64,000 nt of DNA from positions 81,034,001 through 81,098,000 of the forward strand of contig OX597825.1 in assembly GCA_951406725.2 (NCBI GenBank), written 5' to 3'. Positions 29,336 to 45,074 of the stretch are shown here, piece by piece (position 1 is the first letter of the stretch; every line of letters begins with the position of its first letter). A model generated the notes under the pieces. That model was not told the origin of the DNA and searched no databases. It was given only the letters and a program-made list of their open reading frames with translations. The translations under genes were made by a program, and so were the position numbers. This DNA comes from Octopus vulgaris (lineage: Eukaryota).

Positions 29336-29807
29336 TACTCTTACAACCATAGACCTAAAAGCTCAGACGTTGTGTAAGGCGTAGCGCTCTTCACTGAATG
29401 TGCGCAATGTAAAGCCCTTCCTTACGCACTGATCCTCAAACTCTCAGGAGATCAGTCACGTTCCAAGAAAGACTTGATTCAACTTTGGATTTTGTAGCAA
29501 AAGGGAACCAGCTGAAATCTTCATGAGAGGAATGTGTTCCCTCTGAACTGGTTGTGGCGGGGTGGATCTGGGGGAGCATTCTTCGAAAAATAAAAAGAAA
29601 GAAAAGAAAATGCTTACAATCCACAACGGGAGAAGGGGCGGATGATGACTGAGGATGGCTTAATTGGCTGAAACTTCGAAGTCACTACCAATGTAATTCT
29701 TGGTAAAGATTAATGTATGTATGTATGTATGTATGTATGTATGTATGTATGTATGTATGTATGCACGCATGCATGCATGCATGTATGTATGTATGTATGT
29801 ATGTATG

Positions 29808-29841
<34 letters not shown>

Positions 29842-29952
29842 TGTATGTATGTATGTATGTATGTATGTATGTATGTATGTATCTATCTATATTTCTATCT
29901 CCCCCTCTTTCTCTTTCTCTTTCTCTCTCTCTCCCTACACACACACACACAT

Positions 29953-30087
29953 AGGACGTGGTGCTTTCGAATCCACTAAATAGGTTATGGTTGGCCCGGG
30001 GCTGTAGTAGAAAACACCCACGCTGTGGGACCGAACCGGGAACCATGTTGTTCGTAAGCAACCTTCTTATCACACAGCCACGCCTAC
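29953..30087 (-). mobile_element. SINE family A 5' half
   Basis: GGGACCGAACCCGGAACCATG. Confidence 0.8.
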
Positions 30088-30288
30088 ACACTCACGCGCA
30101 GCCCCCCCCCCCCCCGCACAAACACGTACACACGCACGTATATATTCATATACACCCACACACGCAGATACACAATACACTATGTTCTTTTTGCTGCAAA
30201 ATTTAGCAACACCCACACACACACATATATATATATATGTATATATATATATTGATATATAGATATATACATACATACATACATACAT

Positions 30289-30323
<35 letters not shown>

Positions 30324-30517
30324 TTTATATATATATATCAAAGATTACATCTGAAGAGTGCCTTTATCAAAATAGAACAGATCGCTTTTCATTTATTTAT
30401 TTATTGAAAAACAGTTTCCTTTGATAATCTATTATTGACAATATAAAATATATATTCCTTAAAAGATATATCAATAAAGTTGGGTGTATATTTTTGCCCT
30501 TTAAAATATTTCTGCTT

Positions 30518-30548
<31 letters not shown>

Positions 30549-30569
30549 TTATTATTGTTGTTGTTGTTG

Positions 30570-30652
<83 letters not shown>

Positions 30653-30798
30653 ATTATTATTATTGTTACTATTATTGTTATTATTATTTATTCACATTGA
30701 AAGTTTATGAAACATAATAATTTAGATATTTCTTAATATCATTAAATTATTTGAACATAAAGATTGTTAAAAGCCTTTATTTTTATCACATGTGTGTA

Positions 30799-30858
<60 letters not shown>

Positions 30859-31550
30859 TGTGTGTGTAGTATACATAATTATCTTGTCGATATTTCTGCC
30901 TGTAGGTTTGAATAATTTGATAATTATTGTTCAATTTGATGTCCTTGATGGAAATGGTTTAACTTCGAAAGAGCCTCGGTTTTTAATGATAGTTTCCATA
31001 AAGCTTTAATAGTTTAGTATACACCTACATACACCGACACATACGTACATACATAAATACTTATATGCGTATATACATACATACATACATACGTACATAC
31101 ATAAATACTTATATGCGTATATACACAAATATGTATGTAAGTATATATATATATATATATATATAATTTGTTTATATAATTTACATATATATTGATGTAT
31201 GTACATATTGTGTGTTTCTCTAAGTGATATGTGTAATATGTATGTGTATGCGTGTACATATATATATATATATATATAATTTGCATTTGTAATATACATA
31301 CAAGTATGAATATATAAATGTGTATGTGCGGATGCGTATGTATAAGTTAAATATGTATTAGTGTGTGCGTATACATACATACATACATACATATATACAT
31401 ACATATATATATATGTATGCATACATAATTTGAGAGTTCATGTAAATGTCTATATGTATGTCTGTATATATGCATATATACATATATATGTGTATGTATG
31501 TGTCTATCTATTTATATATATGTACATGTATATCTATATGTACATGTATA

Positions 31551-31600
<50 letters not shown>

Positions 31601-32026
31601 CATACATACAAACATATATATACATGCATACATATATATATATATATGCTCGACTAAAGGCGGTGCTCCAGCATAGCCGCACACAGATGATTGAAAGAAG
31701 AGTAAAAGAGTAAAAAGAGAGTAAAGAGTATATGCATACATACATACATACCATATATATATATATATATATAATTAGAGGGTATGTTAAGGAAGTATCC
31801 AAGGAAGTAGTGGTTCAATACTAAGTCAGCTGAAGTAGATTGATAGGTCCACATATGACATCCAATGGTTCATGTGTTTTCTTTCTCTGATGAAATTATC
31901 CTCATGACACATAAACGTAAATCTAACGTACAATATGTAATTAAATTATTAAGTATTAATTGAAACGGCCGTAAGAAGCGAAAATGACTAATTTGTTAAT
32001 AATAAATAATTAACTTCTTTATCTCA

Positions 32027-32184
32027 ATGGCTGTGTGGTAATTAGCTTCCTTCTCAACCACATGGTTCCGGGTTCAGTCCCACTGCGTGATACATTGCGC
32101 AAGTTTCTTTTACTATAGCCTAGCATCATGCCGATCAAAGCCTTATGAGTGGAATTGGTAGTCGGAAACTGAAAGAAGCCCATC

Positions 32185-32186
<2 letters not shown>
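32027..32186 (+). mobile_element. SINE family A 5' half
   Basis: TGGCTGTGTGG...GGTTCAGTCCC. Confidence 0.85.
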
Positions 32187-32223
<37 letters not shown>

Positions 32224-32239
32224 CATATATATATATATA

Positions 32240-32309
<70 letters not shown>

Positions 32310-33719
32310 CAAATGTTCTATAATTATAAACATAATTATAATTTGGGGTCAGCTACCGAATTTAGAAATAGGAATTAAAAATTCCTTTTCCACTACCGTA
32401 AGAAATTGCAATTTCACTTAATAACAATTCTGTTCTTGCTGTATTACCATACAATCTGGTCTTAATTTCTTTCAAATCTCAAATTCAGTAACACGCTCTT
32501 AGAAAGATGGTTTTAATCAGGTTGAAGACGTATAAGATACGTAACAAATAAGCTTTGTATGTTTAATTGTTTTTAGTTATGTTTGATAGCTTTGGCACGG
32601 TAGCACATCAGGTGACGACAGCTTCTATTGTTGGATTTTATCAACTGATTTAATTCTAATTAAAACTAATCTAAAATGATTAACTGTAGATTAAAACTGC
32701 CGGGAAATTAAATGTTAAAAACTGCTTAGAAATTATTTATACCGGCGAAGGTAATGAACAAGTTGAAAACAAGTCATGATAGATTTCTTGATAACATCTA
32801 AAAGAATTTACTGGCATTTAATGAATTTCATTCTTGCCAGCGAGAATTACTTGTTATTGACGCCATAAGAATCTTACAAACTTTCGAGTGAAAGTGAAAT
32901 AATTCCTTTCGGAATAATGGTTTTCGAAGCATTTCAAATACAGCTATAAAGAATAGCATGAAAATATTGGGTTACAAGCAGCCTTCGACTTTTTTTTTTA
33001 TCCAAAACGATTTTCAGTCCAATACTTACATGGTATTCTTCATAGCTACATGTGATGTGCTTCGAGAATCATTATTCCAAAAAGAGAATTATTTCACTGA
33101 ATGCTGACAGTATTTTGTTCGGTCAAACGTTTCTTTATAATTTCAAGTTTCTAAGAGAATTGATCTGGGTTTTTTTTTCTAAAATCAAATTAATCAAAAG
33201 TTTTTGATACTTCGACGCTCCGAACATTAAAGTAAAGCTATCCGTTTGTGACTTGGAAAAGATGTAAATCATTCCCTTATCCTCAAAACATATTTCTATG
33301 TCGACGCTAAAGAAATGATAGACAAAAGCTGATTGAAAGTGTGAAACTAAAAATGAAGAGGAAAAAATTACATGTGTCAGACCTTTTAATGCTTTTAATG
33401 CTTTTAATGCTTTATGCTTTACCAATTAGTCAGAGATGAAAAGGAAGCTCCTTTGACACCTTGATTTTCAGGGCTTCTGAAAATAGGTTGGGAGGAACTG
33501 AAGAATGGAGGAAGCTGTCCTTAAACAACATCTGACCTTAATCCTTGCAACAAAGTAAATTCTATTAAAGACACTCAAACATCGGGAAATATTTTGAAAC
33601 CAAATTCCTAATTCTTATTGAAATCTAACTAAACATGGATCGTTGTATTACTACAAAATGCGTCGGCGATTTATAGAATTCCATGCAATACATGGAGATT
33701 AAAAGACACTCAATGACAG

Positions 33720-34060
33720 GAAAGGAACTGCTAAGTAACTTTTAACTCTCTCAATTTCCAACAAAAATATTACTGACCCTCAGACATTCACACTTAATTT
33801 TCTACACTTTTGATCACTCTTATGAAATTTGTACGTAATTTTCCACACTTTACATTATCCTCATCTCCATAGTAGTATCCCCACACAATTAGCAGCTCCT
33901 TTTTTATCTGCTCGATCGAAGTTTTTTTTCTTTTCCCACTCACTTCGTCTCCTTGTTACACCTGAAAGTAATCGTTCCTCCATCTCTGCAAAAATTCTCC
34001 GCATGCGGCTTAGATTTTCAGACTTGGTACTCTTATATGTTCTGTCTTTCTCCACAAAAA
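33720..34060 (-). mobile_element. Decayed BEL/Pao LTR-retrotransposon Pol C-terminus (DUF5641-like)
   Basis: Across frameshifts: EFLQRWRNDYFQ / RRSEW / VG..DEDNVKCGK / KITYKFHKSDQKCRKLSV, collinear with FW.RWR.EYL..LQ.R.KW...VGD.V...DD...R..W..GRI..VHPG.DG.VR. Confidence 0.55.
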
Positions 34061-34559
34061 GCCTTAAGGCAACTAAACTGACTCAGAGATAAATAGAAAT
34101 CAGCTAATGAAAGACTACAGTTACAACCCATAGGAATGCCTCCTACTTGCTTAAACACTTTATCTGTAAACTCAAAGGATAACGTATATATTTTCAAAAA
34201 AATAAAACAAATTTATCTCATTCAGCCTATCCTGTTTGCAACTGATATATCCGTTATATCTTAATTTAGACAGTAAAACCACATTCGCCATTTCAATCGA
34301 TACATATTAAAAAGTTTTCACGAAACGTTTACCATAACGTTTTAAATGTCACCTTATAATGTGTGTATATATATATATGTATGTATATATGTATGTGTGT
34401 ATGCATGTATGTATGCGTTCCTCTATGGATTTGCGTAGCTATGCATGCACATATACAGACACAAATATACAGACACACAAACATACACACACATACATTT
34501 ACATTCGTACAGAAATGTGGAGAAAGACAAATATTCATGTATTCATAAAGATCAAGGTA

Positions 34560-34611
<52 letters not shown>

Positions 34612-34760
34612 TGTAAGCTTGTTTGTGTATGTATGTGTGCATGTACGTACGTACGTACGTATGTATGTATGTATGTATGTATGTATGTATGTATGTATGT
34701 ATGTATGTATGTATGTATGTATGTATGTATCTATCTATCTATCTATCAATCTATCTATCA

Positions 34761-34920
<160 letters not shown>

Positions 34921-34932
34921 CATACATATATT

Positions 34933-35096
34933 AGACGCGGGCGTAGCTGTGTGGTAAGAAACTTGCTTCCCAATCACATGATTCTGGGTTCAGTCCCACT
35001 GCGTGACACCTTGTGCAAGAGTATTCTACTAGAACCTCGAGCCGATCAAAGGCTTGTTAGTGGATTTGGTAGATGGAAATTGAAAGAAGACCGTCA
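34933..35096 (+). mobile_element. SINE family A 5' half
   Basis: Head and conserved body. Confidence 0.85.
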
Positions 35097-35602
35097 TATA
35101 TATATATATATATAGTCCGTAGTAAATTAAGTGTGTACTTGAATGAACAGTTAGGTCAACATGTAAAATGTTTTAATGTCTAACTTGTCTCTGACGATAT
35201 TTTGCTCATAATTTATAATTATAATTACTCTAGGCACAATGCCCAAAATTTTAGGTGAGGGGGCCAGTCGTTTAGATTAACTCCAGTACGCAACTGGCAC
35301 TTATAATACAAATTTAATGCATAGATTTGTAATTTATCCAAATAGTATAAATAGAAACAGCTGTAGGAAGAAATGATTAATAAGAGTATAAATAGAAACA
35401 GCTGTAGGAAGAAATGATTATCAATTTATTAATGAATCCACTATATCAGAAATCTGCAATGGCTCCATAACTACCGTCACAGCTGTAACGTTGGAGCCCT
35501 AATAATCCGTTACAGCACTTACCTAGCGTACCTAATCGTTTAGATCACCTGTGAACTAAACCCCCATACTTTGAATGTATATATATATATATATATATGT
35601 AT

Positions 35603-35778
35603 ATGGTGGTGGTGGATGTCTACTCCTTATGCAGAGTTTGATCATTACCTGTAACTACACCTTAGAATCATCATAGTATCTGATGTGGCTCTTTATACCT
35701 GACAATGTTTTGAAATGACACTCACATAAATTACATATACGATTTGGGCCACCAAGAGCCAGAGTTAAATTCTGATCT
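35603..35778 (-). mobile_element. 3' end of RTE-like LINE with C2H2-type motif
   Basis: CNLCECHFKTLSGIKSHIR, stop, short UTR, (CAC)n tail. Confidence 0.55.
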
Positions 35779-36131
<353 letters not shown>

Positions 36132-36150
36132 TATATATATATATATACAT

Positions 36151-36186
<36 letters not shown>

Positions 36187-36239
36187 CATGTATATATATA
36201 TATCACGTGTATTTTATATTTTATTTTTATATATATTTA

Positions 36240-36278
<39 letters not shown>

Positions 36279-36333
36279 GAAATTTGATTTAATACTAAAT
36301 TGAATTTTTCCCTGTAACTATGGAGTTATACTC

Positions 36334-36391
<58 letters not shown>

Positions 36392-36462
36392 GTTGTTGTT
36401 GTTGTTGTTGTTGTTGTTATTATTATATATACTGTATATATTTACGTGTGTGTACGTGTGTT

Positions 36463-36494
<32 letters not shown>

Positions 36495-37175
36495 ATGTGG
36501 GTGTATGTATGTACAAGCATGAACTTTTACTTCATCATCTTAACAACGTAGTAACAAGGAGAATTTTCCAGTAATTTCTGTGTTGTTATAGCCGAACCGA
36601 AGAAAGATAAGAGAATCCCTCGTGGGAGCCAGTGGAACTTACACACACAAGACAATGAGTCGGAAGAATACAACAACAACAACAGAAAAGAAAACAAAAA
36701 TGGAAAAAAAAAACCCCATAGAATATAAAATCGACCAATGAAAGAAAGAATAACTGAAATGAAGAAGGTCGAAGAATAATGGTAATAATGAGGGCATTGG
36801 TATTTCTTTTGTCTGAAAAGAATATATTTTGATTGGAACTGACATGTAACAAGGTAATTTTAGTGCTTCTTTGATCAGACTCGGTGGCTTTCTGTTGAAC
36901 AAAATGGTTCACGGTGTATCCGCAATGGCTACAGTCACTGTGACGGACGGAGAGCTTGTCTCTTTCTTCTGCTGTTGCGCTTTCCACTGTCTTATCAGAT
37001 AACGAAGATGAATGATCTACCGGTGTATGAACGCGGGTGGGGTTCGTACACACACACATGCGTGTATATATATATATATATAATACAATATATGTAAGTA
37101 TGTATATATATATATATATATATAATACAATATATGTAAGTATGTATATATATATATATAATACAATATATGTAA

Positions 37176-37284
<109 letters not shown>

Positions 37285-37453
37285 CATACATATATTGTAT
37301 TATATATATATACATATAAATATTTGTATATATAAAGTTACACGTATGTATATACAAGCATACACATACATATATACAGCTATATATATCTTTCTCTATA
37401 TATGTATACATATATGAATATTTATGCATTCACATGAACGTATGCACATATAC

Positions 37454-37514
<61 letters not shown>

Positions 37515-37708
37515 CATGCATTTACATATATCAACACATACATATATTTAAATACATATATAAATATGTATGTGTATATATATTTATGTATGCATATATT
37601 TATATATACGTATATATATATATATGAGCATATATATATATATATGTACATATACGTATTATATGCATGTATATGCACGCATATGTACGTATACGTATGT
37701 ATGTATGC

Positions 37709-37772
<64 letters not shown>

Positions 37773-38011
37773 GTGTATATATATAGTTAACTTTTTGCGA
37801 ACATAACCTACACGTAATGGAGTTTATTAGTGAGACTCGTGTGATTTTCAGTATGTGTGTGTACGTGTGAGTGAATGTGGGTGCGTGTGTGTATATATAT
37901 ATATATATATGTATACCCATACATACATACATACGTACATACATACATACATGCATACATACATACATACATACATACATACATACATACATACATACAT
38001 ACATACATACA

Positions 38012-38044
<33 letters not shown>

Positions 38045-39057
38045 GTGTATGTCCATATATGTGTTGCGCCTATATACCACGCAGTTTTATCCTAGATAAA
38101 TCTAGGATTGAAAGACGCGAATCGATTCCGAATCTGCGTTTGCGTATTAAATACGATTGACATTTAAAAGAAAATAAGTTTCACTTTCAAATATCGTCTC
38201 CATTCTGATCCTCATTCTAATTAAGAATACCTATGTGTGTATGTGTGTGTGTGTGTGAGTGTGTGTATGTGCGTGTGTGCATATATGTATATATGTATAC
38301 ATATATAGGATAAGTTTTAATGAAATGCAATTTTTTCCGAGGTAGAGTTACAGAGAAAAGTAACTAGAAATGTTCTTTAAAAAAAATTCATTTACAATTA
38401 TCTTACCGGTTTCAAAAGTTCATGATTATCAAAAGTTTTATGACATAGGGAATCTATACTGTATTTGTGTATACTCAGTTGTTATTTAGTATTTATCTTA
38501 GATGCTTGTGTAGAAGTTCTTCGTCTTTGGTAGCACTTGGTTGCTTTTCGTTATTTGTTCGGTCTGATGGTTCCAGAATAGCCTTATATCTAGGCTTTGC
38601 AATATGATCTATCTATCTATATATCTATCTATCTGCCTCCCTCCCTCCCTCCCTCCCTCCCTCCTTCTCTCTCTCCCTACCTACCTACCTACCTACCTAC
38701 CTACCTACCTACCTACCTACCTACATACCTACCTACCTATATATCTATCTATCTGCTTCCCCCTTTATACCGTACATCATGACACTGTGATACACGATCC
38801 CTATTGATCGTTTTTTTCCTCTCCCCTTTTTTCCTCTTTTTTCTTCTTTTTTCCTTTTTCTTTTCTTTTGTTTCTTTTCCTTTTTTTTTCTTTTTTTTTC
38901 TTTTTTCCCTTTTACGATCCCTTTTGATCGAAAACCTACGCCACTTTTTTTTGTTTCTTTTGTTTTTTTATTTTTTGTTTTTTCATCCCCCAAAAGAAAA
39001 GCTCTACCTTGTAATTTGTCCCATCTGTGTGCAGCCCTGTGTGGTCAATAAAGAAAC

Positions 39058-39130
<73 letters not shown>

Positions 39131-40258
39131 AATCTTTCTGTCTGTGTGTCTGTGTGTCTGTCTGTCTGTGTGTTTGATTGTGTGTGTGTCTATCTGTGTA
39201 TCTGTCTGTTTATCTATGTACCTGTCTGTCTGTTAACTATCTACCTATCTGTCTGTCTATTTACCTACCTACCTACCAGCCTACATACATTGATCCATTC
39301 ATCCATCCACACATGCATACATACCTACATAATACATACATATATACACAAACACACCCACATACACATATGCAAGTATATGTGTGCGTGTGTTTGTTCC
39401 CACACTGCTTGTGAACCAGTGAAGCCTTGTTTACAGTAACATAGCAGTTCAGCAAATAGGTTCAATAGTATAACTGCCACACACAAAAAAACACCATATA
39501 CTAGGGGTCAATTTGTTCGATTTGACCCTTAAACGCGTTGCCCCAGTTTGGCCCCTGTCCAGTGGCTGGAACAAGTTTTATATGTGTGTATGTATATATC
39601 GTTTATCTTTTATGTTTCAGTCATTGAGCTGCGGCCAAGCTGCAGCCAGGCTGGGGCACAGCCCTGGAGTATTTCGTCGAACAAATTGATTTTTTTTAAA
39701 GCCTGGTACTAATTCTACCTATCTCTTTTGCCTAAGCGCTAAAATTAGATATGAAGCCACGCTGTGGGACTGAAACCGGAACCATGTGATGGGAGAAGTA
39801 GACATTTTATCACACAGCCCTATGTATATGTGTGTGTGTGTGTGCGCGTATGGTGTGTCTTTATGTGTTTATGCGTTCAGTTTTAGCAGTTTCAGTTTTT
39901 GCCATGTGAGAAAAATAGGGCTTTGTTAAGGAGCTCTCATAAGACCAAAACATGTCCTATCGTATATTCCAATCTGTTTAAAATCTGTATTATAGACAGC
40001 CTCAGCATTTTGATCAACAGCTTACTGGTGTTGTCTCCTTCAAATTTATGGAAGGACAGAAATACGACTGCGTGATAACTGCAGTTTTACTTTTACAATG
40101 TCATTAGCTAAATCCAAACACATTATCTGTCTGTGTTGATAAACATTATGACGTTCATTCGCCATACACAAGAGAATACTATCATAATTATTATTTGCTC
40201 ATAGAGTTTCGCTGCCATTTTGTTGTCTAGGGACATTGCCACACAAGCAAGTGCCGCC

Positions 40259-40333
<75 letters not shown>

Positions 40334-40335
40334 CA

Positions 40336-40393
<58 letters not shown>

Positions 40394-40455
40394 CATTGTT
40401 ATTATTATTATTATTATCATTGTTATTATTATTATCATTATTATTATTATTATTA

Positions 40456-40523
<68 letters not shown>

Positions 40524-40527
40524 GCTG

Positions 40528-40619
<92 letters not shown>

Positions 40620-40623
40620 GCTG

Positions 40624-40664
<41 letters not shown>

Positions 40665-40668
40665 GCTG

Positions 40669-40702
<34 letters not shown>

Positions 40703-40703
40703 C
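40259..40703. repeat. (ATT)n microsatellite
   Basis: Direct reading. Confidence 0.97.
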
Positions 40704-42582
40704 ACTGTTTGTTCATGTACTGTTGCTGCCATTTTGTAGTTTTGAAAACAATGCTAAACAATTGTCAATGAAACTTTAGAAACATCTTTTATATTTTAAC
40801 GAGTAAAACGAATTGTTTTCTTTTCAAACTGTCGAGAATTTCTTTTTAAATTGTTATTGTTTTTATTAAATGTTTTATTTTATCTTTTAATTGCTACGTC
40901 ATAGGAGCTAAAAATAGCAGCACTATTATCCTCCTGTGTTCTTTTTCAAAAGCTCTGACTAATGAAAAAAATAGATGGAGTTAACAGCGTAGCCCAGAAA
41001 CCTGGTTTGGACGCATGCGGACAGTGGATTAAACGCTACCATCAGCCATGTTTAACACAATCTGTCTTCTAGTTTAACACAATCTATCGTCTGGTTTAAC
41101 ACTTATTGTTAGGTGTTAAACCGGGAAACATGTTAAATCCACCACACAAGATCAAGAACCAACCATCAGGCAGATTTCCACATAGTTATTGCCTACAAAA
41201 TTGCATTTACAAGGTCTTGGTCGGTCGAGTTACAAGCCTTTACCGCCATGTTTCTCACACCAAAAGCAGAAACACAAAGGCTTCCGGTATTATCTCCTCC
41301 TTTTCGAATTATTCTTTGCCAATGTCATCGTTATTGTTATTGTCGGCGTCATCGTTGTTGTTCTTGTTGTTGTCATTGGTTCAAAGTGAATCCAAGTGGA
41401 ATCATAAATGCACACACACACACACACACACAATTACATTCACGCCTTTTAACATAGACTTGCACACACATACACGTAGACATACGTTCATAGAAATGAA
41501 CACACATACACGTACATACACGCATACAGGTACATACTCAGACATGCTTGTCTCCTCATCACCGCTTGACAGCCGGTATTGGAGTGCTTATGTCCCTGTA
41601 AATTAGCTGTTCGCCAAAAGAAACCGACAGAATAAGTATAAGCTTAAAAAATGTCTTCGTGTCGATTTGCTCGATTAAAAACCATTCAAAGCGGTGCTCC
41701 AGCATGGCCGCCGTCAAATGACTTAAGTCGAAGAATAAGAGAATACATATACACATACATACACATAGACTTACGTTCATACAAATAGATAAATGTACAC
41801 ACATACGTACACTCATACACGCAGTCAAACGCATTCATAAGCACATACACATTGCTATAGACATACATTCATACATATAGATATATTCATGCATTCACAT
41901 ACACACTTACTCACAGACCTATGTTCATACAACCATATACACATTCACTACACATACGTTTGTTACAAGTCTGTTAGCAGACGATACCTATAACCATAAC
42001 TATTGCCAGCTTCCTCGACATCATCAGCCGACCTTGACTTGAAGATGGCGGAGGTAATTAGCGGCGATAAACGAGGATTACGTTAATGATATCTAAATCG
42101 TATGTCCGTTTCTGCAAATGTAATTATATAGACATCATTAATTACTGAAAGTAGATGGACGTAACATAAGCGAAAGCCATTGTTTTTGTTTTAAAGCTTT
42201 CAATATACGTTTGTGAAGTCGACTGTCGGCCATGAAGAATGGCTACAGAAAACTCTTTATGGAAATGAAAAAAGAAAGAAAAAAAGCAAAATATATTTAT
42301 CGTCTGCTCGCTTCATTTGATTTAAGATTTAACGATATCAATTGGCCTTAATTGCGGACAAAAGTAGTAATTTATTCTAATGGCTTTTCGCAGCAGTATC
42401 TTCGGAAATATCAGAATGACTGTCTCTCAGTCGGGGATAAATATACTTTTATCATCGACGAAACGTTCATAGTTAACTTCAATTAATTCGTTCGCTTCTT
42501 CGATTAAATTATGGCTCGAAAATTAACGGAGATTAAAATGCTGGCAACGAACTAACCATATAGGTGAGATCTGATGGAGATC

Positions 42583-42875
42583 GGAGTAGTAGTTGTAGTA
42601 GTAGCAGCATCAGAAGCAGCAGAAGCAGCAGAAGTAGCAGTAGTAGAAGCAGCAATAGTAGTAGTAGCAGTAGTAACAGCAGAAGCAGCAGCAGCAGCAG
42701 TAGTAGTAGCAGCAGCAATAGTAGTAGTAGTAGTAGAAGTAGTAGTAGTAGTAGAAGTAGTAGGATTAGCAACAGCAGCAGTAGTAGTGGCAGCAGCGGC
42801 AGTAAGAGTAGCGGCAGCAGCAACAGTAGTAGTGGTGATAGTCGTGGTAGTTGCAGCAGCAGCAGCAGCAGCAAC

Positions 42876-42932
<57 letters not shown>

Positions 42933-42975
42933 TTGTGTAGTAGTAGTAATAATTGTAGTGGTGGCGGTGGTAGTA
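42583..42975. repeat. (AGT)/(AGC) degenerate trinucleotide repeat
   Basis: Direct reading. Confidence 0.93.
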
Positions 42976-44261
42976 ACTAGAGTAGAAGTGTTTGGTGTTG
43001 CTCTTACTACTATTTTTGTTGTTTAACTGGAGGTCAATTGTCAGCAAGCAAATCAATCATCAAGTAGCGTTCCAAGCGTGACCATCCCATCGTTTGGAGG
43101 ATTGTTTTGTTTTGTTTTGTAAATTTTTTTTTTCAGAATTTGTTTTCACTCCTGATGCGTCTAACGATAGAAAAGGGGGAAGGTTTCGTTGGCAACGGGT
43201 TTCTAGCAGAATCGGTTGAGCTTCGGAATAATGGCTTTCGGCTTCATCGTTACCGTCATCTCATTTAACCATCCTCATTAGCACCACCAATATCACACCA
43301 GCCCAACCACCACCGCCACCGCCACCACTATCATCATCATCATCATCATTACCACCAATACCACCATCACCTCCCCACCGCCTTCGCCGCCACCGCCACC
43401 ATTATCATCATCATCATTATCATTATCATTACCACCACCACTATTACCACTACCACCACTATCACCTGTACCACCACCACCACCAGTACCACCACCACCA
43501 GTACCACCACCACCACCAGTACCACCACCACCACCACCACCACCACCATAACAACAACAAGATTACCAACAAAATCACTACCAAACCACCAGCAGCACCA
43601 CCACCATTATCCGATACCACCACATCATCATCATCAACAACAACAACCACAGTTTTCACAGAGAAACTTGATATGACGTAATTTTCTTTTTTATTCGAAA
43701 TTAATCCCAAAAGTCGCCGGAAATGTGTCGTTTGTCATTTTCTTCTTTCTCCGCCTCCCACAACAATCAATAACAACAATAATAACGGACAAAATCTCGC
43801 AACAGTTTTATTCTCTTTGAGAAAAAGCGAAAAAAAAACTGCAAAAAAAAAAAAGGGTGGTAGCGGGTGGAATTTACCTGCTGACAAAAGTGAATTCTTC
43901 AAATGGTTGTCTTTGATGTATATATTCGTCAGCGCCACCGTAATATGGCAACTGTATCAACAATGACAGAGTTATTATCATCAAACTTTACCAACTTCGA
44001 TAATATTTTCCCAACACAGGTGTATCCGATATGATTGGTAAATGCGTCCTTTGATCAATTGATTGGTATCGAACAGACGTTTTGTCGGTCGTTGATGAAA
44101 TTATCAATATTGATGAAAAATTTCCGTGACAAACTGGCGTAAACGAGAATAAACTGCTTTCACGAGAGGCGATCGATGTGGAATCAATCATATAGCTTTT
44201 TCTCAATGATTGGTTTTATGATTAGCAAAGATCAGAGATAAACTGTTGAGGTTTTTCTTCT

Positions 44262-44506
44262 TGGGTGCTGGTTTGGCTCTGTTGGTAAGACTACCGCTTA
44301 ACAACCACGTGGTTTCTGGTTCAACCCCGCTGTGCGACATCTTGGACAAATGTCTTCTACTACAGGCCCAAACCGATCAATGTTTTGCAAGTTTATTTGG
44401 TAGATGGAAACTGTACAGAATCCCATCGTATCACTCTTTCTCTCTCTCCCTCTCCTTCCCCCTCACTCTCTGTCTGCCTCTCAGTATATGTGTGTATATA
44501 TATGTG

Positions 44507-44539
<33 letters not shown>

Positions 44540-44768
44540 ATGTGTACGTGTGTGTGCGTGTGAATGTCATTGTCCTTGCTTTTGTCACTCACCGACACTT
44601 GACAACCGGTGTTGGTTTGTTCGCATCCCCCGTAACTTAGCGGTTTAGCAAAAGATACCGATAGTATAAGTAGCAGACCTAAAAACAAGACTGGTTTCGA
44701 TTTTTTCGACTAAAAAGCTTTCAAGGCCAGTGCCCCAGCATGACCGCAGTAAAAGACAAAAGATAAAC
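44262..44768 (+). mobile_element. Diverged full-length SINE family A
   Basis: Head, internal (CT)/(TA)/(TG) repeats, 3' end. Confidence 0.8.
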
Positions 44769-45074
44769 GATGCAGCCTTCTCAGAGACACCTGAATATTG
44801 TGGTCGCACGATCAAATCCTGTTGCAAGCAGAAGACAGTTTGTGAAATTTGGCAAAGCGGAGCAGAACAGCTTTCGAGGCCCGGGTAATGGAATCCTCTC
44901 AAACTCCAAGGAGCTCTTAGGGGTTATGAGAGGGTGGTGGTGGCTGGCAGTCTTTTGTTGGCTTTGCGAGTCCACAACCATGTGTACAGGTAGGTCCTGA
45001 TTGTTTCTTGCAGAAATTCAAGCGTCTTGTTACCCTGAAGAATGCAAAATTACCACCATCATCATCACTATCAT

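Noticed and set aside
29425-29582. Minus-strand exon with pyrimidine tract and GTAAGG donor
   Set aside because: Stops in all three frames; no recognisable product.
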